In this document: in pieces, positions 18,338 to 29,356 of the stretch
Layout: each line of letters opens with the position of its first letter
How positions within the stretch are numbered: the stretch's first letter is position 1
Source: Pseudoprimorskyibacter sp.
Lineage (GTDB): Bacteria > Pseudomonadota > Alphaproteobacteria > Rhodobacterales > Rhodobacteraceae
Length of the DNA: 64,000 nt
Assembly (NCBI GenBank): GCA_029251265.1
Contig: JAQXDR010000070.1
Span: 11,724 to 75,723, forward strand
Direction of reading: 5' to 3'
Made by a program: the position numbers and the translations under genes
The notes under the pieces: generated by a model
The model's input: only the letters and a program-made list of their open reading frames with translations
The model's database searches: none
What the model was told of the DNA's origin: nothing

Positions 18338-19930
18338 ATGAAACGACCCTTGGGTGCGCAAATCTCACATATGCTAAAGGCACGCGGCGTTGATGTCATC
18401 TTTGGCATTCCCGGTGTTCATAACGTTGAAATGTATCGCGGAATAGAAGAGGCCGGAATCACGCACGTACTTGCGCGCAATGAAATGGGCGCTGGATTTA
18501 TGGCGGATGGCTATGCAAGGGCATCTGGCAGGCCGGGTGTTTTGTATGTCATCACCGGGCCCGGGTTGACCAACGCCATGACCCCGCTGGGACAAGCCGA
18601 CAGCGACAGCGTGTCCGTGTTGGCAATTTCGTCTTGTCTGGATGAGGTTGCAGCGACCAAAGGGCAGTTGCACCAGATGCGAGATCAGCGGGCTGCGGCA
18701 GCCTGTGTCACGGCTGCCTCGGACGAGGCGCGCAATGCAGAGAGTGCCTACAGGCTCATCGACCGTGCCTTTGAAGCCTTTGCGGTTGATCGTCCGCGTC
18801 CACGCCATATTCAGGTGCCCATTGCGGAACTTGGCCGGTTGGCAGTCGCTCCGCCCGCTGCGCGTGCCCGGTCTGCGCGCGCGTCTGCGTCTCACGATCA
18901 AATCACTCAGGTTGCAACCCGACTGTTGGCGGCGCAGCGACCTTTGTTTGTCTTTGGAGGCGGCGCAGTCAAAGGCGCAGATGCGGTGCCGCATCTGTTG
19001 CAGCAAACCGGGGCGGCCGCCCTGACGACCTACGCGGGTCGCGGAATTGTTCCGCCCGGACATCCCCAAAGCTTTGGGGCAAGCCTCGCGCGTCCCGAAA
19101 CAGCAGACATCGCTGCGCAGGCTGATCTGGTTATTGCGGTCGGAACAGAGTTGTCCGAAGTTGATCTCTGGAGGTCGCATCTGGGCCATACTGCGCCAAT
19201 GATCCGTGTGGACATTGATGCGGCAATTTTTGATGGTCTTCAGGAGGGTGACACAGGCATCCTGGGAGACGCAGCACAGTTTTTGCCAGCACTCAGTTTG
19301 GCAATTGCCGCGCGAACCGGGGACTGCGCACCGAAATGGGATCTGTTAGAAATTGCAGATACCAAGGCACGGTTCCGTGCCGAGACCGAGGCTGAACGCC
19401 CCGGCATTGCGCGTATTGCAGATGCATTGTCTGCGGCAATGCCTCGGGATTTGATGGTCTACTCGGATATGACGCAATTTGCATATGTGGCCAAAGAGAT
19501 CTGGGAAATGCAGCGGCCGGGTCACTGGCATCATCCATTTGGGTACGGCACCCTTGGATACGGTATGCCAGCGGCGATTGGCGGGGCAGTGGCGCGCGCC
19601 GGCATGCCGACACTTGCCATGGTTGGAGACAGTGGGTTTCAATACACACTCCAAGAGCTTGGCACTGCCGTGGAGCTGGGTCTTGGCCTTCCAATCCTGC
19701 TCTGGGACAATGGCAAGCTGAAAGAAATTGAGGACAGCATGGTCGCAAGTCAGATCGCGCCCAATGCTGTGGTTGCGCGCAATCCTGATTTTCTGGCTCT
19801 TGCCCGTGCCTACGGGGCACATGCGACCCAGCCTTGTGACCTGAATGCTTTGATTTCCGACATCAACGCAGCGTTTACAGCCGACGTGCCCACTTTGATC
19901 CGCGTCACTCCAGCCATTAAAAACAGCTAA
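18338..19930 (+). CDS. ThDP-dependent enzyme, acetolactate synthase large subunit-like (AruI/2-ketoarginine decarboxylase-like)
   Basis: FGIPGVHN, GAGFMADGYAR, ITGPGLTN, GYGTLGYG, GDSG...N ThDP-binding motif. Confidence 0.8.
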   Translation: MKRPLGAQISHMLKARGVDVIFGIPGVHNVEMYRGIEEAGITHVLARNEMGAGFMADGYARASGRPGVLYVITGPGLTNAMTPLGQADSDSVSVLAISSCLDEVAATKGQLHQMRDQRAAAACVTAASDEARNAESAYRLIDRAFEAFAVDRPRPRHIQVPIAELGRLAVAPPAARARSARASASHDQITQVATRLLAAQRPLFVFGGGAVKGADAVPHLLQQTGAAALTTYAGRGIVPPGHPQSFGASLARPETADIAAQADLVIAVGTELSEVDLWRSHLGHTAPMIRVDIDAAIFDGLQEGDTGILGDAAQFLPALSLAIAARTGDCAPKWDLLEIADTKARFRAETEAERPGIARIADALSAAMPRDLMVYSDMTQFAYVAKEIWEMQRPGHWHHPFGYGTLGYGMPAAIGGAVARAGMPTLAMVGDSGFQYTLQELGTAVELGLGLPILLWDNGKLKEIEDSMVASQIAPNAVVARNPDFLALARAYGAHATQPCDLNALISDINAAFTADVPTLIRVTPAIKNS

Positions 19931-20000
19931 AGTGTCTGTTCAACACCGGGTCATGTGTGACTGCCGAAAATCAGAACCTCAACAAATGGTCGCGAGGATT

Positions 20001-20927
20001 TCAGATATCCAAGCACCAGCGCATGATGGCCTTTTGCGCATGCAGACGGTTTTCGGCTTCGTCAAATATAACTGACTTGGGGCCATCCATGATCTCAGAG
20101 GTGACCTCTTCGCCACGGTGTGCAGGCAGGCAGTGCATGAAAAGTGCGTCGGGTTTGGCATGACGCATCAATTCGTCATTCACCTGATACTGGCGCAGCA
20201 TGTTATGGCGGCGTTCTCGCGAACTTTGTGCATCATGCATGCTGACCCAAGTGTCCGTTACCACCAAATCAGCGCCATCAACGGCCTTGATCGGGTCACG
20301 TTCGATTTGGACAGAGACACCTGCATTCCGGGCAAGGCCCACAAACTCCATTTCGGGATCCAGTTGTACCGGTCCCGTGAACGTCAGGTCAAACCCGAAT
20401 TGTGCTGCTGCATGCAGGAAAGACGCGCAGACATTGTTGCCATCGCCAGTCCAAACCACCTTTTTCCCGGCTATAGGGCCGCGGTGTTCTTCAAAGGTCA
20501 TGACATCCGCCATGATTTGGCAGGGGTGCGTGCGATCGGTCAAGCCGTTGATGACTGGCACTGTGGCAAATTCCGCCATTTCATGCAGGACGCTTTCATC
20601 AAACGTGCGGATCATGATCAGATCGACAAAACGGCTGAGCACACGTGCAGTGTCTGCAATTGTTTCCCCATGCCCTAGTTGCATGTCACTGCCTGACAGA
20701 ACCATAGATTGACCGCCCATCTGACGCACGCCAACATCAAAACTGACGCGGGTCCTTGTGGAGGGTTTTTCAAAAATCAGCGCAACAACATGGCCAGTAA
20801 GAGCCTGTTCATCGTCCAAAGCACCCTTCGGACGGCCAGCGCGCGCATTTTTGATCAAGCGCGCATTGTCGATAATATTGCGCAGCGCATCTGGCTTCGT
20901 TTTGTGTATATCAAGAAAGTGGTTCAC
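20001..20927 (-). CDS. argF: Ornithine carbamoyltransferase
   Basis: [32 protein letters not shown]. Confidence 0.97.
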   Translation of the reverse strand: MNHFLDIHKTKPDALRNIIDNARLIKNARAGRPKGALDDEQALTGHVVALIFEKPSTRTRVSFDVGVRQMGGQSMVLSGSDMQLGHGETIADTARVLSRFVDLIMIRTFDESVLHEMAEFATVPVINGLTDRTHPCQIMADVMTFEEHRGPIAGKKVVWTGDGNNVCASFLHAAAQFGFDLTFTGPVQLDPEMEFVGLARNAGVSVQIERDPIKAVDGADLVVTDTWVSMHDAQSSRERRHNMLRQYQVNDELMRHAKPDALFMHCLPAHRGEEVTSEIMDGPKSVIFDEAENRLHAQKAIMRWCLDI

Positions 20928-22105
20928 GGCTTGGCCTTTTCTATCGCCTGCGCCACCTGTTCGAGGCGCGACAGTGCCTCGGACGCCTCGTCATCGCTGA
21001 GCGTCAGCGCGGGCAACAGGCGCAGTGTATTTTCTGCTGCGGGAATGGTGATCAGTTGGGCGTCATAGGCTGCCTGCACCACATCACCAACGGGTGTTAC
21101 GCAAACGAGACCCAACATCAGACCTGTGCCGCGAACTTCGGAAAAGACATCTGGATGACTGGCCACAAGGGCCTCTAGTCCTTGACGCAGACGGCCTGCC
21201 ACGCCGGTGACATGATCCAGAAAGCCGTCTTCAGTGACGGTGTCCATAACAGCGCAGCCCACCGCACAGGCAAGAGGATTTCCACCATAAGTCGACCCAT
21301 GTGTGCCCTTGGTCATGCCCGCGGCTGCCTCTTCGGTTGCCAGCACAGCGCCAAGTGGGAAACCGCCGCCAATGCCTTTTGCCACCATCATGATATCAGG
21401 CGATATGCCCGCCCATTCATGAGCAAACAGCCGACCGGTCCGGCCCATGCCGCATTGAACCTCGTCAAGGATCAAGAGTGCGTCGGTCGTATCGCACAGA
21501 TCGCGCAACCCTTTCAAACATACGTCGGGCAGCGGGCGAATGCCGCCCTCTCCCTGAATAGGTTCCACGATAACTGCGGCAGTCTTGTCTGTAATGGCCG
21601 CTTTCAGTGCCTCGTGATCGCCCCAGGCCACATGTGTGAATCCCGGCATCAGTGGACCGAATCCTTCGGTCAGTTTGTCTGCACCGGCCGCTGCAATCGC
21701 CCCGGTGGAACGCCCGTGAAACGCACCCGTGATCGTCACAATCTCGATACGATCGGTCTGGCCTTTGTCATGCCAGTATTTGCGCGCCATCTTCAGAACC
21801 AGTTCACAGGATTCAGTACCAGAATTGGTAAAGAAAACCGTATCAGCAAAACTCGCATCCACGAGTTTTTGCGCGAGGGCTTCTTGTTGAGGGATTTCGT
21901 ACAGGTTGGAAACATGCCAAACGGCATTCGCCTGATCAGTAAGGGCCTGCACAAGCGTCGGGTGACAATGCCCCAACAAGGTCACAGCAATACCAGCACC
22001 CATATCCAGAAAACGTCGACCGTCTGCTTCCGTCAACCAAGAGCCTTCGCCCTTAACAAAGTGCAAAGGTGCGCGGGAATATGTAGGCAATACCGGTGTT
22101 ATCAT
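20924..22105 (-). CDS. argD: Acetylornithine aminotransferase
   Basis: Start ATG 22105 (MITPVLPTY); [43 protein letters not shown]; overlaps argF start. Confidence 0.95.
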   Translation of the reverse strand: MITPVLPTYSRAPLHFVKGEGSWLTEADGRRFLDMGAGIAVTLLGHCHPTLVQALTDQANAVWHVSNLYEIPQQEALAQKLVDASFADTVFFTNSGTESCELVLKMARKYWHDKGQTDRIEIVTITGAFHGRSTGAIAAAGADKLTEGFGPLMPGFTHVAWGDHEALKAAITDKTAAVIVEPIQGEGGIRPLPDVCLKGLRDLCDTTDALLILDEVQCGMGRTGRLFAHEWAGISPDIMMVAKGIGGGFPLGAVLATEEAAAGMTKGTHGSTYGGNPLACAVGCAVMDTVTEDGFLDHVTGVAGRLRQGLEALVASHPDVFSEVRGTGLMLGLVCVTPVGDVVQAAYDAQLITIPAAENTLRLLPALTLSDDEASEALSRLEQVAQAIEKAKP

Positions 22106-22179
22106 CGGTCGGGTCCCTTTTTGGCTGGAGGCTGCGTCTTTGCCAAGACGCCGCGAAACGGTCAAGCTAGATGAAGAGA

Positions 22180-22216
22180 GGACAACAAAACAAGTGACAC
22201 GGCGCTGTGCGTGTCA
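22180..22216 (-). terminator. Terminator-like hairpin in the argD leader (candidate attenuator)
   Basis: Perfect 7-bp stem TGACACG/CGTGTCA (22195-22201, 22210-22216), followed on the minus strand by CUUGUUUUGUUG. Confidence 0.55.
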
Positions 22217-22225
22217 ACGTCACGA

Positions 22226-22264
22226 TCAGAATTTTTTTCGTCGAAGGGTGTTTGTTCTGTCCAT
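22226..22264 (-). CDS. Putative arginine leader peptide MDRTNTLRRKKF
   Basis: ATG GAC AGA ACA AAC ACC CTT CGA CGA AAA AAA TTC TGA, between a promoter-like TTGCCA-N18-TAAGCC (22300-22271) and the hairpin before argD. Confidence 0.55.
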   Translation of the reverse strand: MDRTNTLRRKKF

Positions 22265-22313
22265 GCCGTGGGCTTAGCGGGTTTGACCCCACTTTGGCAA
22301 GCCCCCAAAAACC

Positions 22314-25223
22314 TCATCCCAATTCAGCCAAACGCGCGACTGCCTCCTGCAGCTTGCTTGCCTCTTCTTCGCGTATGGCCAGATTTGCCTTGGTTTCTGC
22401 GATGACCTCATCCGGCGCCGAAGCAAGGAATTTCGGATTTTTCAGCCGCCCCGCCATGCCGCCTATCTCCTTGGCCAGTTTCGTCAGGCTTTTGTCCAGT
22501 CGCGCTTTTTCCTTTGCGACATCGATGATGCCATCCAGTGGCAGTCCAAAGGTTGCGCCCGGAATCGGAATGGTCACTGTTCCCTTGGGGAAATCGGCGA
22601 CGTGTTCTGCGGTCTGCACCTTTGTTTCACGGCGGATCATAGCAGAATTGGCGTCCCATGCTGACTGCGCATCTGTATCAATGTCGCGGACCAGAAGCGG
22701 GATTTCCGCGCTGGCCCTGACCCCCATCTGAGCCCGGGCAGACCGGATGCCGTCGATCAGGGCGATCACCAGCGCAATCTCTTTTTCGGCCTTGGGGTCA
22801 ACGGCATCTGCGGCCGGGTCTTCCGGCCAATCGCCATGCACCAACATTTTGGGGCGATCACAAAGGCTACCCCAAAGCTCTTCTGTGACAAAAGGCATGA
22901 TCGGATGCAGCATCAACAGGATTTGATCCAATGACCATGCCAATGTGGCCAGCGTTTCTGTTTTGGCCCCTGCATCTTCGCCATAGATTGACGGTTTGGA
23001 GAATTCGATGAAACGGTCGCAAAATGTGCCCCAGGTAAAGGCATACAGCGCCAGTGCCGCGTCATTGAACCTATAGTTTGTCAGTGCCTCGTCAACGGTT
23101 TCGCGGGTTTTGGCGATTTCTCCGATGATCCATTTGTTGACGGTCTGCGTGGTTTCAGGCCGCGCACCGGTATGGTTTTCAAACGCCCCGTTCATAGAGG
23201 CAAACCGCGCCGTGTTCCAAAGCTTGGTCGCAAAGTTGCGGTAGCCTTCGATCCGTTTCTTATCGAGCTTCAGCACGCCGCCAAGGCTGGCCATAGCCGC
23301 ATTGGTGAACCGCAGCGCGTCGGCGCCGTATTCATCGATGATGTCAAGTGGATCGACCACATTGCCCAGAGATTTGGACATTTTGCGACCTTTATCGTCG
23401 CGGACAAGGCCGTGCAGGTAGACGTCGTGGAAGGGGATCTGATCAACGACGGCGAGCTGCATCATCATCATTCGGGCGACCCAGAAAAAGAGGATGTCCT
23501 GTCCCGTGACCAGCACGCTTGTCGGGAAAAAGCGCCTCAGGTCGTCGGTTTGCTCTGGCCATCCTAGTGTACCAATCGGCCAGAGACCTGAGGAAAACCA
23601 AGTATCCAAGACGTCAGGGTCACGCGTTAATACAGCGTCGCTGCCCGCCATTGCCTGAGCTGCTGCTTTGGTTTCTGCACAGTACTGTTCGCCGTTTTGG
23701 TCAAACCACACAGGAATCTGATGCCCCCACCAGAGTTGGCGGCTGATGCACCATGGTTCAATGTTTTCAAGCCAGTGGTAATAGGTTTTCTCGCCGCTCT
23801 CGGGAACAATTTTTACAGTACCGTCCTTGACCGCGTCCAGAGCAGGACCAACGATTTTGGCTGCATCCACGAACCATTGGTCGGTCAGCATCGGCTCTAT
23901 CACGACCTTGGACCGATCGCCAAAGGGCTGCATGATGGCTTTTGCCTCGATCAAGGGCACGTGGGCCGCAGGATCGTCCTCTTCACCCAGTTTGGTGCCC
24001 AGACGCACGTCATCGGCGCGGGTCATGACGGCCAGACCCTCGGCGGTAATTTCAGACACCACAGCCTTGCGGGCCTCGAACCGGTCCATCCCGCGCAGGT
24101 GGTCGGGGACGAGGTTGACTGCATCGACCTCGGCTTCGGTCAGGGTCTTTTCTCCTTTGGCCACCGCCAGCGCCAGCGCGGCAGCCTCGGCATAAGGGGC
24201 GCCATCGGCTCGCAACGCGCCGCGTGTGTCCATCAGGCGGTAACAAGGAATCCCACCACGTTTGGCCACACCATAGTCGTTGAAATCATGCGCGCCTGTA
24301 ATCTTGACCGCGCCAGAGCCGAATTCGGGGTCGGGATAATCATCTGTGATGATCGGAATCAACCGGCGATGTTCTTTGGGTCCAACCGGTATTTCGCACA
24401 GCTGCCCGACAATGGGCGCGTAACGGTCGTCCGACGGATGTACCGCCACGGCACCATCGCCTAGCATGGTTTCCGGGCGGGTCGTCGCGATCGAGATATA
24501 GTCTCGTGTTTCGCGCAGGGTGACAGTCCCGTCTTCGTCCTTTTCGACATATTCATAGGTGGCCCCGCCCGCGAGCGGATATTTAAAGTGCCACATGTAG
24601 CCCGGGGTTTCGACGTTTTCGACCTCTAGATCACTGATCGCGGTTTCAAACTTTGGGTCCCAGTTTACCAAACGCTTGCCCCGATAGATGAAGCCTTTGT
24701 TATACATCTCAACAAACACGCGAATGACGGCATCGTGAAAATTGCCGTCCTCGCCCTCGGGCGCATTCGGCGCGCCCGACATGGTAAATGCCTCACGCGA
24801 CCAGTCGCAGGACGCACCAAGACGTTTTAACTGGCCTATAATCGTGCCGCGGGATTTCTTTTTCTGCTCCCAAACACGCAAGGTGAAGGCATCGCGACCC
24901 ATATCGCGCCGCGGTGGTTCGCCGTTTGCAGCCATTTCGCGTTCGGTCACCATCTGCGTGGCGATCCCCGCGTGATCCGTACCCGGTTGCCATAGCGTGT
25001 CAAAGCCGCGCATGCGGTGCCAGCGGATCAAGATGTCTTGAAGTGTGTTGTTAAACGCATGTCCCATATGCAGCGATCCGGTCACATTGGGGGGGGGGAT
25101 CATGATGCTAAAGGCGTCATTACGACGCTTATTCGCCCCTGCTGCAAAGGCACCAGTACTTTCCCAGGCTTTTGTAATGCGGGCTTCGGCCTCTGCGGCG
25201 TTAAAGCTGTCAGCAATTGTCAT
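22314..25223 (-). CDS. valS: Valyl-tRNA synthetase
   Basis: [44 protein letters not shown]-terminal coiled coil; start probably ATG 25223. Confidence 0.98.
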   Translation of the reverse strand: MTIADSFNAAEAEARITKAWESTGAFAAGANKRRNDAFSIMIPPPNVTGSLHMGHAFNNTLQDILIRWHRMRGFDTLWQPGTDHAGIATQMVTEREMAANGEPPRRDMGRDAFTLRVWEQKKKSRGTIIGQLKRLGASCDWSREAFTMSGAPNAPEGEDGNFHDAVIRVFVEMYNKGFIYRGKRLVNWDPKFETAISDLEVENVETPGYMWHFKYPLAGGATYEYVEKDEDGTVTLRETRDYISIATTRPETMLGDGAVAVHPSDDRYAPIVGQLCEIPVGPKEHRRLIPIITDDYPDPEFGSGAVKITGAHDFNDYGVAKRGGIPCYRLMDTRGALRADGAPYAEAAALALAVAKGEKTLTEAEVDAVNLVPDHLRGMDRFEARKAVVSEITAEGLAVMTRADDVRLGTKLGEEDDPAAHVPLIEAKAIMQPFGDRSKVVIEPMLTDQWFVDAAKIVGPALDAVKDGTVKIVPESGEKTYYHWLENIEPWCISRQLWWGHQIPVWFDQNGEQYCAETKAAAQAMAGSDAVLTRDPDVLDTWFSSGLWPIGTLGWPEQTDDLRRFFPTSVLVTGQDILFFWVARMMMMQLAVVDQIPFHDVYLHGLVRDDKGRKMSKSLGNVVDPLDIIDEYGADALRFTNAAMASLGGVLKLDKKRIEGYRNFATKLWNTARFASMNGAFENHTGARPETTQTVNKWIIGEIAKTRETVDEALTNYRFNDAALALYAFTWGTFCDRFIEFSKPSIYGEDAGAKTETLATLAWSLDQILLMLHPIMPFVTEELWGSLCDRPKMLVHGDWPEDPAADAVDPKAEKEIALVIALIDGIRSARAQMGVRASAEIPLLVRDIDTDAQSAWDANSAMIRRETKVQTAEHVADFPKGTVTIPIPGATFGLPLDGIIDVAKEKARLDKSLTKLAKEIGGMAGRLKNPKFLASAPDEVIAETKANLAIREEEASKLQEAVARLAELG

Positions 25224-25336
25224 GGGGGCGGGCCTTTCGTGCATTTACCGGTTTGGAATGATGTAACCAAACCTGGAACGCGGGGAAAGGGCCAAAGACC
25301 CTCCTAAAGTCCAACCCGAGCCTATCATCAGGAAAT

Positions 25337-25375
25337 AAAAAAACGGCGACACATGGGAGGAATGTGTCGCCGTTT
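25337..25375 (-). terminator. Intrinsic terminator closing the DUF1127-sRNA transcript (also the last cuckoo hairpin)
   Basis: Perfect 14-bp stem AAACGGCGACACAT/ATGTGTCGCCGTTT with U tail on the minus strand. Confidence 0.85.
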
Positions 25376-25611
25376 CAGTCCACGGGTGCCCAAAGGGAGG
25401 AGAGGGCGACCCGATCTGTTGTGCCGAGCGTCTTGACGATCAGCGAAATCCGTGACGGTGGCGCAAGGGAGGAAGCGCGCCACCGTCGAGATGTTCCTAC
25501 GCCTTGGGAGGAGGTAAGGCGCCGGAAGGTTGGACACTTGCGTCAGGGAGGAGGCGACGCGCCGGTCCGGTTATTGAACAAGCCGCAGGGAGGAGGACGC
25601 GGTCTGTCCAA
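25337..25611 (-). ncRNA. Cuckoo/CcsR-type sRNA array: six hairpins with CCUCCC anti-SD loops
   Basis: GGGAGGA cores on + strand at 25355, 25395, 25467, 25506, 25546 and 25588, each in the loop of its own inverted repeat; directly downstream of a DUF1127 gene. Confidence 0.88.
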
Positions 25612-25616
25612 ATCAC

Positions 25617-25826
25617 TTAATGTCTTTGCGCCTCTTCCCAGGCGACGCTGTTTAGCATGGAACGATCCAAGCCCAGATCGGCCAGATCACGTCCGCTGAT
25701 GGACTGAAGTTCTGCCAGAGTGCGTCGGTACGCTCTGTACTGAGCCACGCGGCGGGTTGCGCTGTGCGCAACTGCTGCAATGCGGTCGGCCAAAGACGAA
25801 GAATTGTTTAGCTGTACAAGTGCCAT
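25617..25826 (-). CDS. DUF1127 small RNA-binding protein (CcaF1-like)
   Basis: 69 aa; YRAYRRTLAELQSISGRDLADLGLDRS matches the DUF1127 signature; followed by cuckoo RNAs. Confidence 0.92.
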   Translation of the reverse strand: MALVQLNNSSSLADRIAAVAHSATRRVAQYRAYRRTLAELQSISGRDLADLGLDRSMLNSVAWEEAQRH

Positions 25827-26086
25827 GGTCTCATCCGCCTTTTCTGTTCTTTCGTTTGCGTTGTCGCTAACATGCGCCTATTGCTGCGATTGCACAATGC
25901 ACATTGCTGCAATGCAGCTATGCAACAAATGCAAGGGGTTGCGATGGATTTAAAGTGCTGAAGATCTATGCAGCAATCGGGTGGTTGACGTTGCACAACT
26001 TCCCACCATTTTATGTCGCGAACGCCTTTGTATTGTGCACGGGTTCGATCGTTGCAAATGACCATTCATCAAGGTAGCTGTTATTT

Positions 26087-27160
26087 ATGTCCGTAACTTC
26101 CGAAGAAATCCGCGCCGTCCTGTCCAGCATCTCGGCACCCGAAGGTGGAACACTCATTTCACGTGACATGATTCGTGCATTGACAATCGAGGGCGATCAG
26201 GTGCGTTTCGTCATCGAGGGACGTGATGTGACCGAAGCGCAAATGCTTGAACCAACACGGGCTGCCGCCGAAGCGGCTGTTGCTGCCCTACCGGGTGTTG
26301 CAAAGGTGCAGGCCTTGCTTACAGCGCATGGTCCGGCCGCAAAACCACAAGCCCCACCATCGTTAAAGGTCGGTGGACATCCAAAGCCGCAAGACGGACC
26401 AATCCGACCGACCGGCGTAGACCGCATTCTGGCTGTGGCATCTGGCAAAGGTGGCGTGGGAAAGTCGACAGTGTCCTCCAACCTTGCGGTTGCTCTCGCG
26501 AGGTCTGGCCGTCGGGTTGGATTGTTGGATGCTGACATCTACGGACCGTCTCAGCCGCGCATGATGGGTGTGAACAAACGCCCTGCCAGTCCGGATGGTA
26601 AAACGATTGAACCTCTGCACGCCCACGGCGTCACCTTGATGTCCATCGGCCTGATGGTTGATCCGGCCAAAGCCGTCGTTTGGCGTGGACCGATGCTAAT
26701 GGGCGCGTTGCAGCAAATGCTCAGTCAGGTGAAGTGGGGGCAGCTGGACGTGCTGATCGTTGATCTGCCACCCGGTACTGGGGATGTGCAGTTGACTTTA
26801 TGTCAAAAAACAAAACTGTCGGGTGCTTTGGTGGTCAGTACACCGCAAGACGTCGCCCTGCTGGATGCCCGCAAGGCCATTGATATGTTTAATACGTTAA
26901 GCACTCCGGTCTTGGGATTGATCGAAAACATGTCCACGTTCCACTGTCCCAAATGCGGGCATGAATCGCAAATCTTTGGACATGGTGGTGTGGCCGCCGA
27001 AGCGAAACACTTGGGTTTGCCCTTTTTGGGCGCGCTTCCGATCGATTTGGACACGCGTCTTGCGGGCGACGCGGGACGTCCGATTGCGGCCGGAGACAGC
27101 GTTGTTGCGCAGGCCTATCATCAACTTGCGCAACGGTTGGTAGATGGGGGTATGGCCTAA
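26087..27160 (+). CDS. mrp: Mrp/ApbC/NBP35 Fe-S cluster carrier ATPase
   Basis: [39 protein letters not shown]. Confidence 0.95.
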   Translation: MSVTSEEIRAVLSSISAPEGGTLISRDMIRALTIEGDQVRFVIEGRDVTEAQMLEPTRAAAEAAVAALPGVAKVQALLTAHGPAAKPQAPPSLKVGGHPKPQDGPIRPTGVDRILAVASGKGGVGKSTVSSNLAVALARSGRRVGLLDADIYGPSQPRMMGVNKRPASPDGKTIEPLHAHGVTLMSIGLMVDPAKAVVWRGPMLMGALQQMLSQVKWGQLDVLIVDLPPGTGDVQLTLCQKTKLSGALVVSTPQDVALLDARKAIDMFNTLSTPVLGLIENMSTFHCPKCGHESQIFGHGGVAAEAKHLGLPFLGALPIDLDTRLAGDAGRPIAAGDSVVAQAYHQLAQRLVDGGMA

Positions 27161-27287
27161 AGCATTCTTTGGGGCCTTGGCCGCTGAGACAGGCTTATCT
27201 TTGGTGATTGCGGTTGCGCGTCAGCCTTGTTCAATTGCCTATAACAGTGCGATACCTTGATCCAAACCCTTAGCGAAGGCCCATTTG

Positions 27288-28409
27288 ATGTCCTTTTTCG
27301 GCAAATTACGTGACCGTTTGTTCAAATCTTCGTCCAAATTGGACGAGGGGCTTGACGCCATTGTGGATGATGGAGGCGAAACAACAGACGTTTCCGATAT
27401 TGAACCGACACCAGCCGATGCCGTTTCGGAACCGCGCGTACCTGAGGCGCCTGAAAATCGGCGTCCGCTGTCTGCGACAGCATCCGAAAACCCAGCGGTC
27501 GCACCAAAGGCTGAAAAACCGGGACTGATGTCACGCGTCTTTGGGGGCGGGGCTGTGACCGGTCCGGTCACACGCAGGGTTTTGGACGATGACATGCTGG
27601 AAGAGCTCGAAGAGCTATTGATCGCCAGCGATATGGGCGTCGATACTGCCCTTCGCGTCACAGCTAATATGGCCGAAGGACGTTTTGGCAAACGTTTGTC
27701 CGCATCCGAAATCAAGTCACTGATGGCAAAAGAGATTGCAGCCATTATGGAGCCTGTCGCACGGCCTTTGCCACTATTCCCCAAAACGCCTCAGGTCATA
27801 TTGGTGGTTGGCGTGAATGGGTCTGGCAAGACGACCACGATTGGTAAACTGGCCTCGCAGTTTCGGGCTGCGGGGAAATCGGTGGTCATTGCCGCCGGTG
27901 ATACCTTTCGTGCGGCTGCGGTTCAGCAACTACAGGTTTGGGGGGATCGGGCCGGTGTGCCAGTGTTAACCGCGCCCGAAGGCAGTGATCCCGCCAGTCT
28001 TGCATTTGATGCGCTCACTCAGGCGCAGCACGACGGAGCCGATTTGTTGATGATCGACACGGCTGGGCGTCTGCAGAATCGCACAGATCTGATGGAGGAA
28101 CTGGCCAAGATCGTGCGTGTGATCCGCAAGGTCGATCCCGAGGCACCGCACAATACACTTTTGGTGCTGGATGCGACCACGGGACAAAATGCAATCAATC
28201 AGGTTCAGACCTTTCAAAAAATGGCCAATGTGTCCGGGCTGGTGATGACCAAATTGGATGGTACAGCCAAAGGTGGCATCCTTGTCTCGCTGGCAGATAA
28301 ATTTGGCCTGCCAATCCATGCCATTGGCGTTGGTGAACAGATTGATGACCTTGCGCCTTTTGATCCAGATGACTTTGCCATTGCTTTGACTGGGGCGGAT
28401 CGCAGGTGA
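27288..28409 (+). CDS. ftsY: Signal recognition particle receptor
   Basis: GVNGSGKTTT, DTFRAAA, DTAGR, TKLDGTAKGG. Confidence 0.97.
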   Translation: MSFFGKLRDRLFKSSSKLDEGLDAIVDDGGETTDVSDIEPTPADAVSEPRVPEAPENRRPLSATASENPAVAPKAEKPGLMSRVFGGGAVTGPVTRRVLDDDMLEELEELLIASDMGVDTALRVTANMAEGRFGKRLSASEIKSLMAKEIAAIMEPVARPLPLFPKTPQVILVVGVNGSGKTTTIGKLASQFRAAGKSVVIAAGDTFRAAAVQQLQVWGDRAGVPVLTAPEGSDPASLAFDALTQAQHDGADLLMIDTAGRLQNRTDLMEELAKIVRVIRKVDPEAPHNTLLVLDATTGQNAINQVQTFQKMANVSGLVMTKLDGTAKGGILVSLADKFGLPIHAIGVGEQIDDLAPFDPDDFAIALTGADRR

Positions 28410-29317
28410 TAGACTGGCTGCTTGCCGTCGAAGGAACAGCAGCGGGTGCAAAATTGGCGCTTTGGTTGGCGTTGTTGGCCGCCTTTCTTCACGCAGTCTT
28501 TGGTGCGTTGCAAAAGGGGCGTCATGATCCCTGGATCAGCAGAACAGTCATTGATGCCTGGCTGGTGGTTCTGTCTTGTCCCATTGCAATTTTTCTGGTT
28601 CCTTGGCCCGAGCCATATTTGTGGCCGATCCTTATCGGTGCCATTCCAATCCACTTTAGTTACAAGTTGCTGCAGGCGCAGGCCTATTCCAAGGGCGCAT
28701 ATACGGTCGTCTATCCGGTGGTGCGAGGGACGGGGCCACTGTTCACAGTCATTGGGGCCTATTTCATCTTTGGGGAAAGCTTTTCTATCGGACAATGGTT
28801 CGGTGTCTTCGTATTATTGTCGGGGATCTTTGGGCTGGCGATTTACAACCTCATCTTTCTCGCAACGGATCGCGATACTCTCTTGCCAGCGCTTGGATTG
28901 GCTGTTGCGACGGGCCTTTTTGTGGCGCTTTATACCACGTATGACGCCTATGGTATTCGTGCGACCCAGAACCCCTTTACCTTTCTTGCGTGGTTTTTCT
29001 TTCTAACGGCACTGGATTTCCCACTTCTTTTTGCAGTGCGGCCTTCGCTTCGACGACGTCTGGGGGCGTTGACACTGCAGCCGTTGCTGTTGCGTGGGCT
29101 GGCAGGTGCACTGATTGCCTATGGCAGTTTTGGCGCAATCATGTTGGCAACGCGTCTTGGACAAGTGGGCGAGGCAGCCGTTCTGCGCGAAACATCACCG
29201 GTTTTTGCAGCACTGATTGGCTGGCTGGTCTTGCGAGAAACCGTTGGGCCGCGTCGTGTGGCTCTCATGGTCTTGATCGCTTTGGGCGCAGTGGTTGTTG
29301 AGTTTGCAGGGTCATGA
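28406..29317 (+). CDS. EamA/DMT family transporter
   Basis: About 10 TM segments, duplicated EamA pattern (VYPVVRG; LRETS). Confidence 0.85.
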   Translation: MIDWLLAVEGTAAGAKLALWLALLAAFLHAVFGALQKGRHDPWISRTVIDAWLVVLSCPIAIFLVPWPEPYLWPILIGAIPIHFSYKLLQAQAYSKGAYTVVYPVVRGTGPLFTVIGAYFIFGESFSIGQWFGVFVLLSGIFGLAIYNLIFLATDRDTLLPALGLAVATGLFVALYTTYDAYGIRATQNPFTFLAWFFFLTALDFPLLFAVRPSLRRRLGALTLQPLLLRGLAGALIAYGSFGAIMLATRLGQVGEAAVLRETSPVFAALIGWLVLRETVGPRRVALMVLIALGAVVVEFAGS

Positions 29318-29356
29318 CGTCATATACACCCTATCGTTTTAAAGGTCCGAGGTTCC

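Noticed and set aside
21182..22174. Long antisense ORFs (this 330-aa one, also 10659..11441, 14382..15173, 18374..19189, 23697..24464, 30416..31141)
   Set aside because: They lie opposite well-conserved genes and have no recognisable motifs; typical shadows of GC-biased codon usage
25337..25611. CRISPR array or protein-coding ORFs (25364..25699, 25328..25537) in the GGGAGGA repeat region
   Set aside because: The shared element is only 7-9 nt and sits in hairpin loops, spacing is irregular and there are no cas genes; the cuckoo sRNA architecture explains it, and the ORFs look like shadows
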